From assembly GCA_950097015.1 (NCBI GenBank), contig CATNEN010000031.1, positions 434,001 to 498,000 on the forward strand: 64,000 nucleotides of DNA. Direction: 5' to 3'. The translations under genes and the position numbers were made by a program. Under the pieces are notes generated by a model. The model ran no database searches and had not been told where the DNA came from. It saw only the letters and a program-made list of their open reading frames with translations. Shown piece after piece: positions 37,960 to 54,000 of the stretch. How positions within the stretch are numbered: position 1 is the first letter of the stretch; every line of letters begins with the position of its first letter. This DNA comes from Macrostomum hystrix (Eukaryota; Animalia; Platyhelminthes).

Positions 37960-38418
37960 TACAGTAGGGTGTTTCAAATACTCACTGCCTACTTCTCGAT
38001 AGCTCCCAAACCGAGTGACCTATTTTCGTGAAAGTCCATCATCTGAATCTAAATTTTCCGCTCTTTACGCTGGACTAACTTTCAAAGCCGTCCGAGTCAG
38101 CATCGTCGAGATATTCAGCGACTCTTGTCGGGGACGCTTGTGACAACGGCAACTAAGACTGCTATATAACTGAACAGACCTCTATAACGAATCCATATTA
38201 GTTCAATCATGAAGTTTTGTGAGCAGAAAATATACCTCTATGGGTGGTTTTTCTCACAACCAAACAAGAATCATTGAATATCTCGACGACGCCGACGTTT
38301 TGTGATTCTGGAAGTCATTTCATCGGATAGAGCGGGAAATTTTATCCAGAGTTCTGAATTTTAACGGCGATTGGTTAAATTTTTTGGGAGATACAGAAAA
38401 AATGTGGGTACCCCCCAC
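37960..38418. mobile_element. Decayed MITE-like palindromic element
   Basis: Nested inverted segments: 38096-38117 vs 38275-38296 (20/22 matches); AAATTTTCCGCTCT vs AGAGCGGGAAATTT; TAGCTCCCAAA vs TTTGGGAGATA. Confidence 0.5.
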
Positions 38419-38879
38419 GTGGTCTTTCCTCTGTTAAGCCAAGAGAATCTAAACATAATTTAATACTAACCGCTTGAGTGGGCACAAGCAATACAGGTAG
38501 TGAATCAGACATTTCAAATGATGCGGTCAGCTGCAGTAGCATAGCTGCAACCCAGTAAAAGCCTTAGGAGTCATGCTGCTGCTGCTAGTCTAAATCTCTT
38601 CTGATTTTCTCATGCTTTCGTGGACAGTAGCCTCGGATACATGGGAAATATTCTCACGGGAGCGCTAGCACGGTGCTTTCTTTAAGCACTAAATTTACAA
38701 TCCAGTATCCAGGGTGTATCGAATTGATATGAAATCTTATTTCAGAAAAGCATTACTGAGCTGAGAGCATTAAGCTGCGATGGCCTTCAATCCGCTCCGT
38801 CCCAGTCCTACAGGAGGCGGCAGGTTTTCTCATGCACTTTCATGGGCTACACTTTTTCAGCAGGAGGTGCAACTCCTTC

Positions 38880-39060
38880 CCCCAGCAGTCCTTCAGGACT
38901 TGAATCTTTCCCAGCAGTCATTCAGGGCCTGAACATCTTTCCCAGCAGTCATTTAGGGCCTGAACATTTTTCCCAGCAATCATTTAGGGCCTGAACATCT
39001 TTCTCAGCTGTCCTTCAGGGCCTGAATATTTTCTAGCAGCCCTTCAGGGCCTGAATCTTA
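38880..39060. repeat. Degenerate tandem repeat, about 30-bp unit, about 6 copies
   Basis: CCCAGCAGTCATTCAGGGCCTGAACATCTTT and variants read directly. Confidence 0.85.
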
Positions 39061-39724
39061 GCCCCTGAACCACTGACCTATAAAATCCCTGGGCTACAAG
39101 TAATCCCTTTTGAAGAATAAAGATCCGAAGCCCTGTCAGACGGGGCCACAAAAGATGCTAAGTGAATTCTCGTTTCTCTGTTGAGAGATGGGGTAGGTAC
39201 CCTAGGCGCATACCTTTCCTTCTAAGTAGGCATGCTCTCTCTCGCGGCAAATCTAAGCGCAGAATCATACAGACGCAAGGCTAAACAAGACTGATCTACT
39301 ATTCGTTGGTGCAGTGATGCAGCAAAAATATTTCCCTCCAACGGAACAGGACAGAGGACCGAAGCGAGCCTGTCTGTGCGGCCCTCTGTTTGTCAACTCT
39401 GACACAGTCGGGGGATGCTGGGTCGGTGGTTGATGTTTCTTTGGGGTCGGTCGAGCCCATGTTCCAGCAAAATCGACTGATTTAGGGACTTTCGGTGTTG
39501 CATTCAGCTGTTCCTTCGGCCTTTGCACCCAATCTAATGCATATGCTTGCTATTAGACAGACTAGCAGCATAGATGTCTGCGTGGATTCCAGCCACCTAA
39601 AGCATTTCAGCTAAAAGCCTTGAATTTGGAGCGCAGTGCCTGTTTCTGCATGAGGCATTTAATTGTAATAGTTATATATACGAGCAAGCAAGGCTCGTAG
39701 CAAGGCTATTCAGCTTTCTAGCTT

Positions 39725-41069
39725 TTCAGCTACGCGTAGATGTTTGTACTTCAGCTAGATGCTAGTACTTCAGCTAGATGCTTGTACTTCAGCTAGATGT
39801 TTGTACTTCAGCTAGATGCTAGTTCTTCGGCTAGATTCTAGTTCTTCGGCTAGATTCTAGTTCTTCAGCTAGATGCTACTTCTTCAGCTAGATGCAAGTT
39901 CTTCAGCTAGATGCAAGTTCTTCAGCTAGATGCTACTTCTTCAGCTAGATGCTACTTCTTCAGCTAGATGCTACTTCTTCAGCTAGATGCTACTTCTTCA
40001 GCTAGATGCTAATTCTTCAGCTAGATGCTACTTCTTCAGCTAGATGCAAGTTCTTCAGCTAGATGCTAGTACTTCAGCTAGATGCAAGTTCTTCAGCTAG
40101 ATGCTACTTCTTCAGCTAGATGCTAGTACTTCAGCTAGATGCAAGTTCTTCAGCTAGATGCTTGTACTTCAGCTAGATGCTTGTACTTCAGCTAGATGCT
40201 TGTACTTCAGCTAGATGCTTGTACTTCAGCTAGATGCAAGTTCTTCGGCTAGATGCTAGTACTTCAGCTAGATGCTAGTACTTCAGCTAGATGCTAGTTC
40301 TTCGGCTAGATTCTAGTTCTTCGGCTAGATTCTAGTTCTTCAGCTAGATGCTACTTCTTCAGCTAGATGCAAGTTCTTCAGCTAGATGCTACTTCTTCAG
40401 CTAGATGCAAGTTCTTCAGCTAGATGCAAGTTCTTCAGCTAGATGCTAGTACTTCAGCTAGATGCAAGTTCTTCAGCTAGATGCAAGTTCTTCAGCTAGA
40501 TGCTAGTACTTCAGCTAGATGCAAGTTCTTCAGCTAGATTCTAGTTCTTCGGCTAGATTCTAGTTCTTCAGCTAGATGCTAGTACTTCAGCTAGATGCTA
40601 GTTCTTCGGCTAGATTCTAGTTCTTCGGCTAGATTCTAGTTCTTCAGCTAGATGCTACTTCTTCAGCTAGATGCAAGTTCTTCAGCTAGATGCTACTTCT
40701 TCAGCTAGATGCAAGTTCTTCAGCTAGATGCAAGTTCTTCAGCTAGATGCTAGTACTTCAGCTAGATGCAAGTTCTTCAGCTAGATGCAAGTTCTTCAGC
40801 TAGATGCTAGTACTTCAGCTAGATGCAAGTTCTTCAGCTAGATGCAAGTTCTTCAGCTAGATGCTAGTACTTCAGCTAGATGCAAGTTCTTCAGCTAGAT
40901 GCTAGTACTTCAGCTAGATGCAAGTTCTTCAGCTAGATGCAAGTTCTTCAGCTAGATGCTAGTACTTCAGCTAGATGCAAGTTCTTCAGCTAGATGCTTG
41001 TACTTCAGCTAGATGCAAGTTCTTCAGCTAGATGCAAGTTCTTCAGCTAGATGCTAGTTTTTCAGCTAA
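39725..41069. repeat. Tandem minisatellite, 19-bp unit (TCAGCTAGATGCAAGTTCT / TCAGCTAGATGCTAGTACT)
   Basis: About 70 units read directly. Confidence 0.97.
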
Positions 41070-41646
41070 GTTAAACTCTGTCTAACCAGAATAACCAATT
41101 GGAACACTTTTTGCGCAGCAAATAGACAAAAGTTAGCAAAAGCTTATATTGATTTTTGAACATGATATTAATATATTTAATGTCATAGTTGCTTCAATTT
41201 ACTTACATTGCTTGCTGGACGAATTTACGGTAGGAAACTAGTAACTTTATCAGCTCGTTTGAGCTGTAACTGATTAGTCTTACTGCTGCAACAAGAAGAG
41301 CTTCGCGAGGACAAAAAAGGAGTCCACTGCAAAGACTAGCGTTGAGCCTAAAAAAAGGCTTTTGCAAAGACTGAAGGCTCCTTCTGCTCTCGGGCCAATA
41401 GTGGGCGTATCTCACCCACCTCAGCCATTTCGTCTTTTTTTAACAGGGGCAGCTGCTGGCCGACCCACCTATTAAGCAGTCGAAATTGTGTAAGTGCGGC
41501 CATGCAAATAAGCGGAACTTGACAGTTTTTCTTCCCTTATCGCTATTTACGAAGTTATTTGTGAGTTGTTCTCTAACCCAGGTTTGCTAGCAATGATTCT
41601 TGCATTCCAGCCATGCTGTCTAAATTGACTGCTCACCTGTTAGACA

Positions 41647-41882
41647 GGGGTTGTAGCCTAGGGGTTAGAGCGTCAGACTCACGGCTCGAAGGTCAGTGGT
41701 TCATTTCCTGACTCCACTGCAACAAAATGTAAAATTTTTGAACAGCAAGACACTTAAGTCTGAATTTTTGAAGTTCACCAAGCTGTTAAATGGGTACCTT
41801 GCGTCAGCTGGGGTAATTGAGGGTGGGTGTGGCGTACCGCCCAGTCCATGGACTGAACAGCTGTACAGCAATAGCTGCGGTT
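41647..41882 (+). mobile_element. Second copy of CORE-type SINE family A, followed by short CACCTGTTAAAC repeats to about 41970
   Basis: Shares GGGGTTGTAGCCT, GACTCCACTG, AGCTGGGGTAATTGAGGGTGGGTGTGGC, CCCAGTCCATGGACTGAA and ATAGCTGCGG with the 36227 copy; also has CTGTTAAATGGGTACC. Confidence 0.8.
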
Positions 41883-44556
41883 CACCTGTTAAACAGGAGT
41901 TTTCACCTGTAAAAAATAGTGTTTACCTGTTAAACTGAGTTTTCACCTGTTAAACAGTCTGTTCACCTGTTCGATAGATCGCCTAGAAAATACGCAAAGT
42001 TTCTGTACCCTAAATAGACATAAGGAATACAAGAGAAAGTATCGTAAAAGAATCCAAGCTTTAGATCAGGATTCTGCCGCAGCAATCCTGTGTTCCTTCA
42101 GTGACTAAGGGGTAGTAAAATAGAGGCTTAGCAGCTTGCGCTAGTAATTGCAGCCTTGGCAGGCGTGTAGGCGTGATGGAGATAACGGCTTTAACTCCTC
42201 AAACAAGGACAGTTGTGTTTATTTTAAGCACACAAATTATGCGCTTCATCAGGAGAATTCGGTGCAATAAATTCCATTGCATTTACCTATTGACAAGGAC
42301 AAGAATCAGTAATATGCGCTAAAGCCTGGAGGAACATCAGCGGTTTCTAAATTTTAGATACGCTCGTAGTTGCTTTCACAACAGAAAGCTATTTTTGTAG
42401 TCCATGTTTCGACTCCTAACAGAGAGGACTGGAGTTCGAATATCAGCCTAAGGAGTCGTGTCATTAAGCAAACCAAATAGCAAGATTTTCGTAGAGATTT
42501 TTTGGGTGGGCGGTACAGGCTGTGCATGTGGCCCGACTGGACTATTTGGGTAGTTTCTATCAATGAATCGAGTCAAAGACTACGTAAGCAATAATATTGG
42601 AACAGGCATTGGGGACATTGCTTGGCGCTTTGCAGCGTGACGCAGCTTCTCCATGTACGCCAGTCTCAAGGTCCTCGTGGGCCTGCTCAATCACGGCACA
42701 CCGGCTGTATTTCACGGTGGCCTGAACACGCCAAAACGGACGCTACATGTCTATCGCTGGGGGACTAATTTTTTGGTAGAAAGACGGAATCCTCGAGGCG
42801 ATTGATGGGGAAGAAAGGAGTACAGCATCAGCGAATACTGGAAGACTGGCCAGCAGTCTGTCTCTTGCGCTGGCACTCAGGCATTAAGATGTAGAGTGAG
42901 GTCTTATGACATTCAGTTGTTCGACAGGACATTATTCAATGTCAGCCGCTGGGCTATGTAATTGGCTTAGTTAGAGGTGCATGGGGCGGCCTGTACGCAG
43001 CTGGGCGCATACTTCTCCGATGTCTTCCTGACCCCAGCTGATCTGCGGTCAACCGAAAGTCAAGTGCCGCCGCGCAAAGGTGAGGACTGACAGTCAGAGG
43101 GAAGTGAGATGGGGAAAAAGACAGAGACTAAGGAAGCAGAGAAGAGAGGTGTGACTATAGATTGATTTGGACTGGAGGGCGCGTGCGGAAGAGTTTTTTA
43201 GCGGCTTAGGCTTAGCTGGGCTATTGAACACTCGAGTTGAGAAGAGAAGAAAACGGGCTTTGGTGTCTGCAGTTCCTCAGTGGGTATTGCTTGTGGACTT
43301 GAGCACCGACTCTTCGCCGGTTGACAAGAGGAAGTCATTAGCAAGTTCCAGATTTTTTCTTGGGTGCCGGATGGACAGTCGGTATTCCTACTTGAATTTC
43401 CTCGACCTGGAATTCTGTTCAGTTGCTCGCCTCCCGGTCCCGGGTATTGTATAGCAGTTTTTCACTGAGATCGAAGGCACCAATCTGACGCCAGTTAGGC
43501 ATCGTATTGATGCGCACTTATAGCCTGCGACTTCATGTGAGCTTTCGACTGGGCACAATAGCTCATCCTGTCAACTAGTGACAATGCTACTGTGAGTACA
43601 GTGAGCATAGCATTTAAATGCGAGATCCGCAACACTGAAAATATTCGGTTGCCCGGCTCTCTGAAAGTAGCGAAAGAAGCCGCCGAATGAAGCATTGCGA
43701 GTATCGGTTTGAGATTGCTGGGACCCATGAGCTTTGGACCCGCAAGGTACGCAAGATCTTTGGACCCAGGAATCTGCCTTGGTCTAAATCATGCGGTAGA
43801 CGAAACTAGATCTAAAATACAAGGGAAAGATATCCTATGCTAGATGCTGCTTTATCAACTGCTACTCAAGCTTAATTCCCCATTCGCACAGTCCCAGATG
43901 ATCCCAGCGGGGCCAGCCGTCTCATCCCTGACGCATCTCTGCAGACAGGGGGATAAAACTCAACTGCAAGAGGGGATAAAACACAGCCGACTCAGCTCAG
44001 CCAAGGCAAGGGGCTGCGGGAATTGGCTGCTCGTCCACAGTCTCCGCCTTCCTCGCCTGCTTGATGAAGGGATCAAGGGCTATAACTTGTAATCCGAGTT
44101 TATCGCGCGGAGTCATCTGGGCCGGCGGTCCTGACTGTCTCAGCTGCTGCTGAGCCTCTGACTAGCGTTGAGGCCAGATTGATCAGACTCGCCCCACACA
44201 CACGGATCTCCCCACCCACAGAGCCACCGCTTCACAATTAGCTTTAGCTTCATTTCTACTGGAAGCTGTGCATTCTTTTTAGAATTCCAAGTAATGCCCC
44301 CAATTGCCACAGATACTAGAATACTAGAATACTAGTGTACTGTAGTATCTGTGTACATTTCGCACTAACCTGTGTCAAGAAACTTTGTGAAGGCATTGCC
44401 ATTGCGAGCGTATATATATCAGCTCTTTTGGCTTATAAATATTCGATTGGATGGGTTTCATTCTTCAGACTGTAATACCAAACACAGCTCTAGCTACTGT
44501 TAGAGTAGTATAGCGTCAATACTCAATTTGTGCTGGCGATGTCCGCAAAAAAACGG

Positions 44557-44775
44557 TGTGCCTTCTCATTCGGACTGTTTTGCGGCTGTCCCAGTATGTG
44601 CTGCACCGGTGGAGTGAGCTCGTGTGCCTTCTCATTCGGACTGTTTTGCGGCTGTCCCAGTATGTGCTGCACCGGTGGAGTGAGCTCGTGTGCCTTCTCA
44701 TTCGGACTGTTTTGCGGCTGTCCCAGTATGTGCTGCACCGGTGGAGTGAGCTCGTGTGCCTTCTCATTCGGACTC
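44557..44775. repeat. Tandem repeat, 66-bp unit, 3.3 copies
   Basis: Units start at 44557, 44623, 44689 and 44755; explains ORFs 44516..44977. Confidence 0.96.
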
Positions 44776-46087
44776 TCGAGCTTCGAACTTCCAACGGCAT
44801 GTAATAAAATGAAACTTTGCTACAATAAAGAAGACTGGAAAATGTGTAAGAGCAGGCATTTTGTATGCTTTTGAAGTGCAGACTCGGAAATATATTTAGT
44901 GTACACGGAAGGGCTCTAGAGGTAAAATTACACATTGATTGATTGATTATAATATCGATTGACAAACCCACAACCAAAAGCAGCTAAAATGGACACAAAA
45001 CAGATACTGATATAAAATAGACAACTATATAGCGAAAACGTGAGCGAGTGATGTGGTGACGACGATGACAGCGGAATCGCTTGTGGACTCTTACAGAGTA
45101 AGAGCAAACAAACAAGCGGTAAATGAGCGAGCAGCATCAGCCGGTGACCTACTGGCTGCAATCCAAGCAAACACGAAATGCAGAGCGCGCAACATTTGCT
45201 ACTTTAGTGTTTGCCTTTCCCAATGTATGTAAGAATGCATCAGAGCCTTGCCTGCGTTGAAAAGCAAAAAAAATCATATTCATTAGACAAAATCTAATGT
45301 GTGTGGGCATAAAACATCTTGCACGCTGATATGTGCTAGCCTAGCGAATGCTCTTTGCCCTATACAGGTGACAAGGGTAAATCTGGATTTGACTGGGCGA
45401 TTCCAAATTGATTCTATCGATATTTAATTTACAGACAGGTCGTTGATCCCTTTCTCTAAGGTCGCTCGACCATTTCCAGGCGAAATTAAGACAAGGGCGT
45501 CCATTTTCATCCCAAATGAAACGATGGACAGTCTATGTTAACAGGATTTGGGTTGATTTAACCTTAATTTTGGCAAGCAATTTTCGGATAACCATGTAGC
45601 CTGTGTGCTGATGGTGCGGGTGCGAATTCAGAAGGGCAAATATCTTGCATCGTAATATTTTAAAAAGCAAGCAAAAAGACAAAAGACAGAAAGAAAGCAC
45701 GATAAAGACATTTAACAAAACTGCACATCAGGACTGAAAGAGATAACTTCACTGGCGCACAACACTGTTACAGTGTACGGAGGGAACACGCGAGCTATTT
45801 TCTAGACTTTGCGTTTCTATTAATTTAAAATCGCACCAAAATGCCTTTGCAAAAGTTTTTTACGTCGTTATTAAAGAAAATACTCTGATAGCATTTTGTT
45901 CACTTTGGCGCGATTATAAATTAAAAAGGAACGCTTCTTCAGCGCGTGGGAGAGGAAAAACGGTTAATTAGCATGACTGGAGAGACAACGAATGGGATAT
46001 CAGGCGCAAAATTAGCTACAGTTTTGTCTCATAACATAAATTTACTCTTGCAGTTCGCAGGGATTAACGTTGGGATGGGAAAGTATT

Positions 46088-48034
<1,947 letters not shown>

Positions 48035-51000
48035 GCCGTCCCTAACGCGATGCGCTGAATGCACCTGCGTTGAATTCAGTTTGCATTGCGGCTTTACTAT
48101 GGTTATACTGCAAGTAGTGCATATACAAAATCACCTAGAGTTTCGAAAAATACGAGTAATATTTTGTCTTCAAGCTTCCCCATTTCATTGCCTTGCAGAG
48201 ATTTCAAAGAACAAAGACGGCGAAGTTACTGCCTCGTCTTGGAAGCCCTGCGAATAATTATCACAGAGAGCTTATTGGTTCGAATGCAGAGAAGGAAAGT
48301 CAGAAGAGAGCCTTGCTTGCACTACGCGAGGGGATTGAGTGTGGGTCGAGAAGGGAGCTTTCCTGTGAACTGACTGCCGCTGCCTCTTCACTGCACCTCT
48401 TAGCTTGTCCTTTTCTTTTTTCTCTCCCCTTTTCTTCTTTCTTTATCCTCCCAGCCACCCCGCTCCCTTCCTCTATCATCTGTGGACAAGGGTGGTCGCT
48501 GGCAAGCGCTGCTGAGGACAGGCTGGTGGGGTATCCGTGAGTCCCCTTTACTGCTCTACTCTCCTTTTCTCTTTTTTGCCTCCCTTTCTAAATCCGCCTG
48601 GCAGCTCCCCCCAAATCCCAGCGACTGCTGCACTCTGGCCTGTCATCCACACGCGGCGGCGCACTCAGTCACAGAGCGCGCAAGGAGGAGTGGCGAGAGA
48701 GAAAGAGAGCGAGGCTGTTAGAAATTTTTAAAGGATGGCGGCGAGTGGATGAACTGAAGGAGTTAAGAAAATGGATGCGAATCCGGAGCAATTTCTTCTT
48801 TGCAGTTTTTTCTCACTCTCGCTCTCTAGTCTCCTTCCGCAGCGGTTCGGCCAGTGGAGACGCGATGAGGAGGGTTGGGGTTGGCGGATAAGTCTTCGGC
48901 TCGAGTGGCCATTGATTTTCATCAGGCAGGGCAGGCGGATATTATCAAGGCTTGGCTTGAAAACGCTACAAGCTCGGCAGCGCAAAAGAGACTGGCAGTA
49001 GCTCAAAGCGGATAAAGGTGGAAAGCTGGGCCAAGGTCGCTCCCAAAGACTTAATCTCCAAGCCACCTGAGGATGGCCCGCCGAGGGCAGGGGCACGATA
49101 AGAGGCAAAGAAGCTTCAGGCAGAGAAAAATAGAGAAGATACATGGAAGCCAAGGGACTGACTCATCGAAGATTAGCTCGAGGCGAGCTGCCTCTTTGAA
49201 AAGTTTCGGGGTGAGACGAGTGCCTTCCAGCGCAGCGAGCACCACAGTGGGAACCGCCATTGCTAAACACTCAATTTTAATTCTCACTCTAATCTAACTC
49301 CAAACCATACCTATAGCCTTTAATACATGCATGCGCAGGCTAACACACACCGCTATCTGAGCCTTCTGTAACCTTGGATATATTGAATGAACCGTCAGTG
49401 ATTGTCCCTACCTGGCCTCGGTGTTTACACCGAATACAGAACGGCGGTGGCTTTTCAGAGTAAAAATTCAATGCAAATTTCATTTGATTATACGGATACC
49501 TCAAGCGAGTGAATCGCGTGAATAGGCTTTCATTGACACATTTATTATCATGCCAATCCTTTTTTGTGTTAGCAATCGCATAGTTTTTTATAGTATTTAA
49601 TATTTGCGGAGCATCTAATTGATGACTGAGAAGCTTTTAGGCAAACAGCGATAGCCGAGCTGGTTGTCCAATCCGCCATCCGCCAATCGGATTCCTAAGT
49701 TGCAAAACTAGAACTTACTTATGAGTACGGGGAAAGCATAAGCCAAGCCCAGTGTCCCATTGTTGAGTACAAAGCAAATTTAAACCTGTGGAGAACAAAC
49801 AATGTGAAAAACTGCAAGTGCTTAACATGCAAATCGCATGATTTTCCACTTTCAGTGCGTTACTGAGGGTGGCACGATGAATGGGATGGCGCTGCCATTG
49901 GGAGTGGGGAGCTGCAGAACGCTGTCCTTTTACAGAATGGATGAAGTTCTTTTATATCCCAGTCCGGACACGCGGCTGATAGGTGCACAGAAGACCATGT
50001 TGCCGACCCATTGAAACACTCATCTGCCCAGCATACTGAACCTAATCGAAGTTGTGAGAAAAAGTGCACTGTCATGTCCCTCTTATTTGGCATTATTTTA
50101 GACGCTGTGAATAGGTCTGAATCCCGCCAATGTGGGACCGAAGGTCACTGCAGATTAAATGGAGTGGGTAGCGAAAGAAAGCTTAAGTAGAGGAAGTGCA
50201 TCATGGTGTGTGCTTGACCGCATCGAATGCAGATAAATACCATTAAATGGTATTGAATGGTATCAATAGCATTCAATCCATTCAATACTTTTTGAAAAAA
50301 CATTGCCATGTTAATCAGCCATTAATTTCCTTCCTCATACTTGTGGCTGTAGCAAAAATGCACAGTGAAAGCAGCCTCTGCCTGCACAATTTGTACCGAA
50401 ATTCCAAGTATTGGGCAAAGATTACTGTGCGATTCTGTTAGAAATTTAATAAGTCTTAGCTCTTCTAAAAATTCTAACCGCAGCAGCTGCGCTCCTGACC
50501 TGTCTCAGAACAGGGACGAAAGAAGTCACGATTTTTTAAAGGCTCGGCTCAGGTCTAGAAGTCTAGCGAGTGCTTTTCTGCTTCTGCATTTCACGCTTAG
50601 CTGGGCACTGGGAAAGTGAAGCTGAACTTTTTGCTGATCTCTGGAACACAAAGCCGTGACCAACTCAAACTAGACCAAGGAGCTCCGACAGTGACCCATG
50701 TGCCGAACCAAAGAAAGAGAGCCGTAAGTCCTAAATATTTACCTGAGGGTCGTTCTTGTCCCAAAGTTTGCAGTCAACCGGTGGCTTCGTCAGTCTATGC
50801 ATTTCTTAGAATATGTGCGCGTGCGTATAATTTTCTTTTTCAGCCGAGCTGTTTTCGTTGGAGCTATTCAAGCGAATGGTAGGATTGGTAACACTGTGGC
50901 TGAATAAATTGGCTTGCCCCCACCCTCAGTGTGAGCGCATGGGACCTTCCGCTGTAGAGAGTTCCGTGAGAACGGAATGAAAAGCGACCTCGGGACAAAG

Positions 51001-54000
51001 CGTAAATCATCACAGGCAAGCTTTGGAAGCAACGAGAGAGATCGAAAGAAATCGGATTCATAGAAAGAGGCGAGAAGAGATGAGAAGAAAGTTGGATGCG
51101 ACGATAGAATGGATGGCAGTCAATCTCAATTAGCGAGTTGGCCTCTGATAGACTTTCATCATTGTCGCTATAGTTCAGCACGCAGAGAATAGTCATCCGT
51201 TTCACCCATCCCTATCTAATTTATACAGCATTATCATTGAATATGAAGGTTTCGCTGAGATATAGGCAAACCGCTGCTGAAGCCCATTCTGAAATAGCTT
51301 ATTAACAATTCAGCACCATGGATTTTTCCTAGAATTCTCGATTGCTTTGAAAAGATGCAGAGACGAGAGGTGCGAAAGTGTGCTAGTCCCTAACCAGTGC
51401 AGCGAAGTAAATGATTCGTGAGAAAAGACGATGGGTTCTCAATTTTTAAGACACACATCTGGGAGTTTAGATTTGACATGAGTGAACGGCTGTCTTCTAA
51501 ATAGCCGGCTTAACAAGCCAACGAAGATAGACTTTGTAATGACGAAATGGAGGAATTTAACATCAGCGGACTTTCAAGTTCCGACTGCTTGGGCGCAGTA
51601 AGCCGCTGAATTGTTGACTTAAAGTGGGGACTCAAAGTGACACAAAACGATACTTACTATAATTAAAGTGGACAGATGTGTCCCCCTTACTTTTTGTCTC
51701 CGATAAGCCGCGGGACAGGTAGGCCTGAAGTCAACATTCATTTGGGACTAGAGTGCAAGGATGGGACTGGCCGGCACAGTGCCTGTAGGTGGTTTATGGC
51801 TTATTCGCAATCGTAGCTGATTCTCTCTGGCAAACTCAGCTTAGCTTAGAAGTGCGCTTAAATTTATGGGACTTAGGGTCGGAGTTGGCCACTAAGAGCG
51901 ATAGGCACGCCTGAGCAGGCAGTTAATACAACGAAATCCCTAGAGGGCTTTCATCTTGTAAGAAGAATGACTTGAAAAGTTTGCCAAGTGAGGAAAAGCG
52001 TAGGATTTTCAAAGACATTCGTATTTTTGTACGTCTTGAATTTGGTCGCAATGTGTGCTGAAATAAGCAGGGTCTTGCTTCCTCTCTCTTATAACTGAAA
52101 CTTCGATCGATGTCCTCTTGCTCAAGTGAGATTTTTTCTTCTAACATGCCGCTTTATTCATATAAGAGAGAAGACAAATAGGCCCGCTGCCTCCTTCTTT
52201 CTCGATTTCCTTTTTGGCCAAGCCCGTTAGATGTCTGCTATGGGAATCAAATGAGCCAGGGGATCTGGTGCGAACGAGTCTCCCAGTCCCGATTCCATCT
52301 CGCCTAGCTATTTCATGTCGGTATCCTCGGTCCATATCCTCAGTTCAATCAAGAAGATTAAAGGGGAAGAAAGATGCTAGGGAGACGGCTTGACCTGCCT
52401 TTCTACATTCGGCAGACAAGGCTCTGGAGCCGCTCCGGATCTTCTTGAAGAAAATGCGATTACACGGGCCTCTGCGGAAAGTGGCAATTACAGAAACACT
52501 TGTCGCAGCCATTGACGCTGCGGCAGTCCTGCCTTGTCGCACCTCCCATGCACCCACTTCACGGAAGCAATGAAGTGGCCGGCATGGCGTCAGTCAGCTC
52601 AGATACTTCCCCATAAGGATCTGCGGTCCACAGTCCTCATCAGAATGCCGTTTGGTGAGACGCCGGGCTGAACAGGCAGCGAGGCAGGCAGGTACAAGCT
52701 ATTAGGCACTGCCAATCATTTCTCTAGAGAAGATGAGCTGTTGTCAGCCCCGGCTGATGGACTAGCAGAGATGTGACTAAGCACGAGCTAAGCGTAGTCT
52801 TCCCTAATATTGAGACCATCTGCTCGACAGACTGCGAATCTTACGCGACTTTGGAATACTTTAGAGGCTTTGAGGCGTAATTACACGTGTACCACTTACC
52901 GTCCTTCGGCAATAACGGGACAACTCGTGTTCGGAAATGACCTTAAAATCCTCTTTAACTTTAACTAAGAATTCAAACACTTCACCTCTGCTTGAGGATC
53001 AAGGCTCAAAGCGCGAACAAAGCTATACATTGCTTTAAGAACTTACAAACAATGAACCCGCAGGTCGTCACGGGGTCACGCGATCGATGCGAAAGCATTT
53101 GGGTGAGCGGACTCCGAGTATGACTTGAGCTATGACTCTTAAGGAAGTCGTTCGTTCGAGTCGGCCATCCTGTCCCACCCACCTCGCTGTCTGTCTTTCC
53201 CCTCGATGTGCGTGTTAAGAAGTGCCAAATCGATTCCCATTTAGGGCTAGTTGCCGCTCTGTCCTTCTCTGTTCAACTAACTATTCCTCGCTTATTTTGC
53301 TTCTTTCTGGAACAGCGTCCTTCATCGCTCTGCCACTGTCTTGGCATTGAGTCGATCCCATGTTCTCAAAGCTGTCCCAGTGTCTCTTTCAGGGGGGTCG
53401 AATTATGGGAGCGGAAATTAAGGCAGTGCAAGTTTTCGCTACGCCAAATAGGCTGTCGTAAGTGCAGTGAGAGCAGCATTCCAAACTGCTCTGCGAAGCG
53501 TAGATAGCGAGTAGATTGACTGGCAGCATTGGGAGCTAGTCTAATGACCAAGTCCATCGATGCATATGCTGATAGAAAAAATCTAAGGAAGAGAAAGGAG
53601 AGTGAAGGAGAGAGGGTAGGCAACTATCCGCACTGCACTAACCCAGAAGATAATCGATGCTTTGAAAGATAACATTAGTGTGATGAGGCACTGCATATAG
53701 CAGCACACTGGGGACAAATTACGCGAAGTAGAGAAGCCTTTGCTTAACAGAGAAACAAAACAACAATTACCTGATGTAGCCTGCAGCATTCACCCATGGA
53801 CTTGGTTCGATTGTTAAGTTCGATATGAACAGCGTCCTATATAACTAGTCGATGCAGCAGGGGCCTCTTCAGTTACACCCAGCGCAAAATAACTCAAATT
53901 AGCTCGCGAACGCAATTTAGGAATGAGCTACCGGAATCTAATACTCTCTATGAGTCGCTTTAATGACATATGAAGCGACCCAGTCACCCAAGGGACATCA

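Noticed and set aside
42600-43730. Coding-like composition suggesting old TE remnants
   Set aside because: No diagnostic motif recognised.
3587-44775. CRISPR-like appearance of the 73-, 60- and 66-bp arrays
   Set aside because: The units are contiguous with no unique spacers, there are no cas genes, and the context is eukaryotic.
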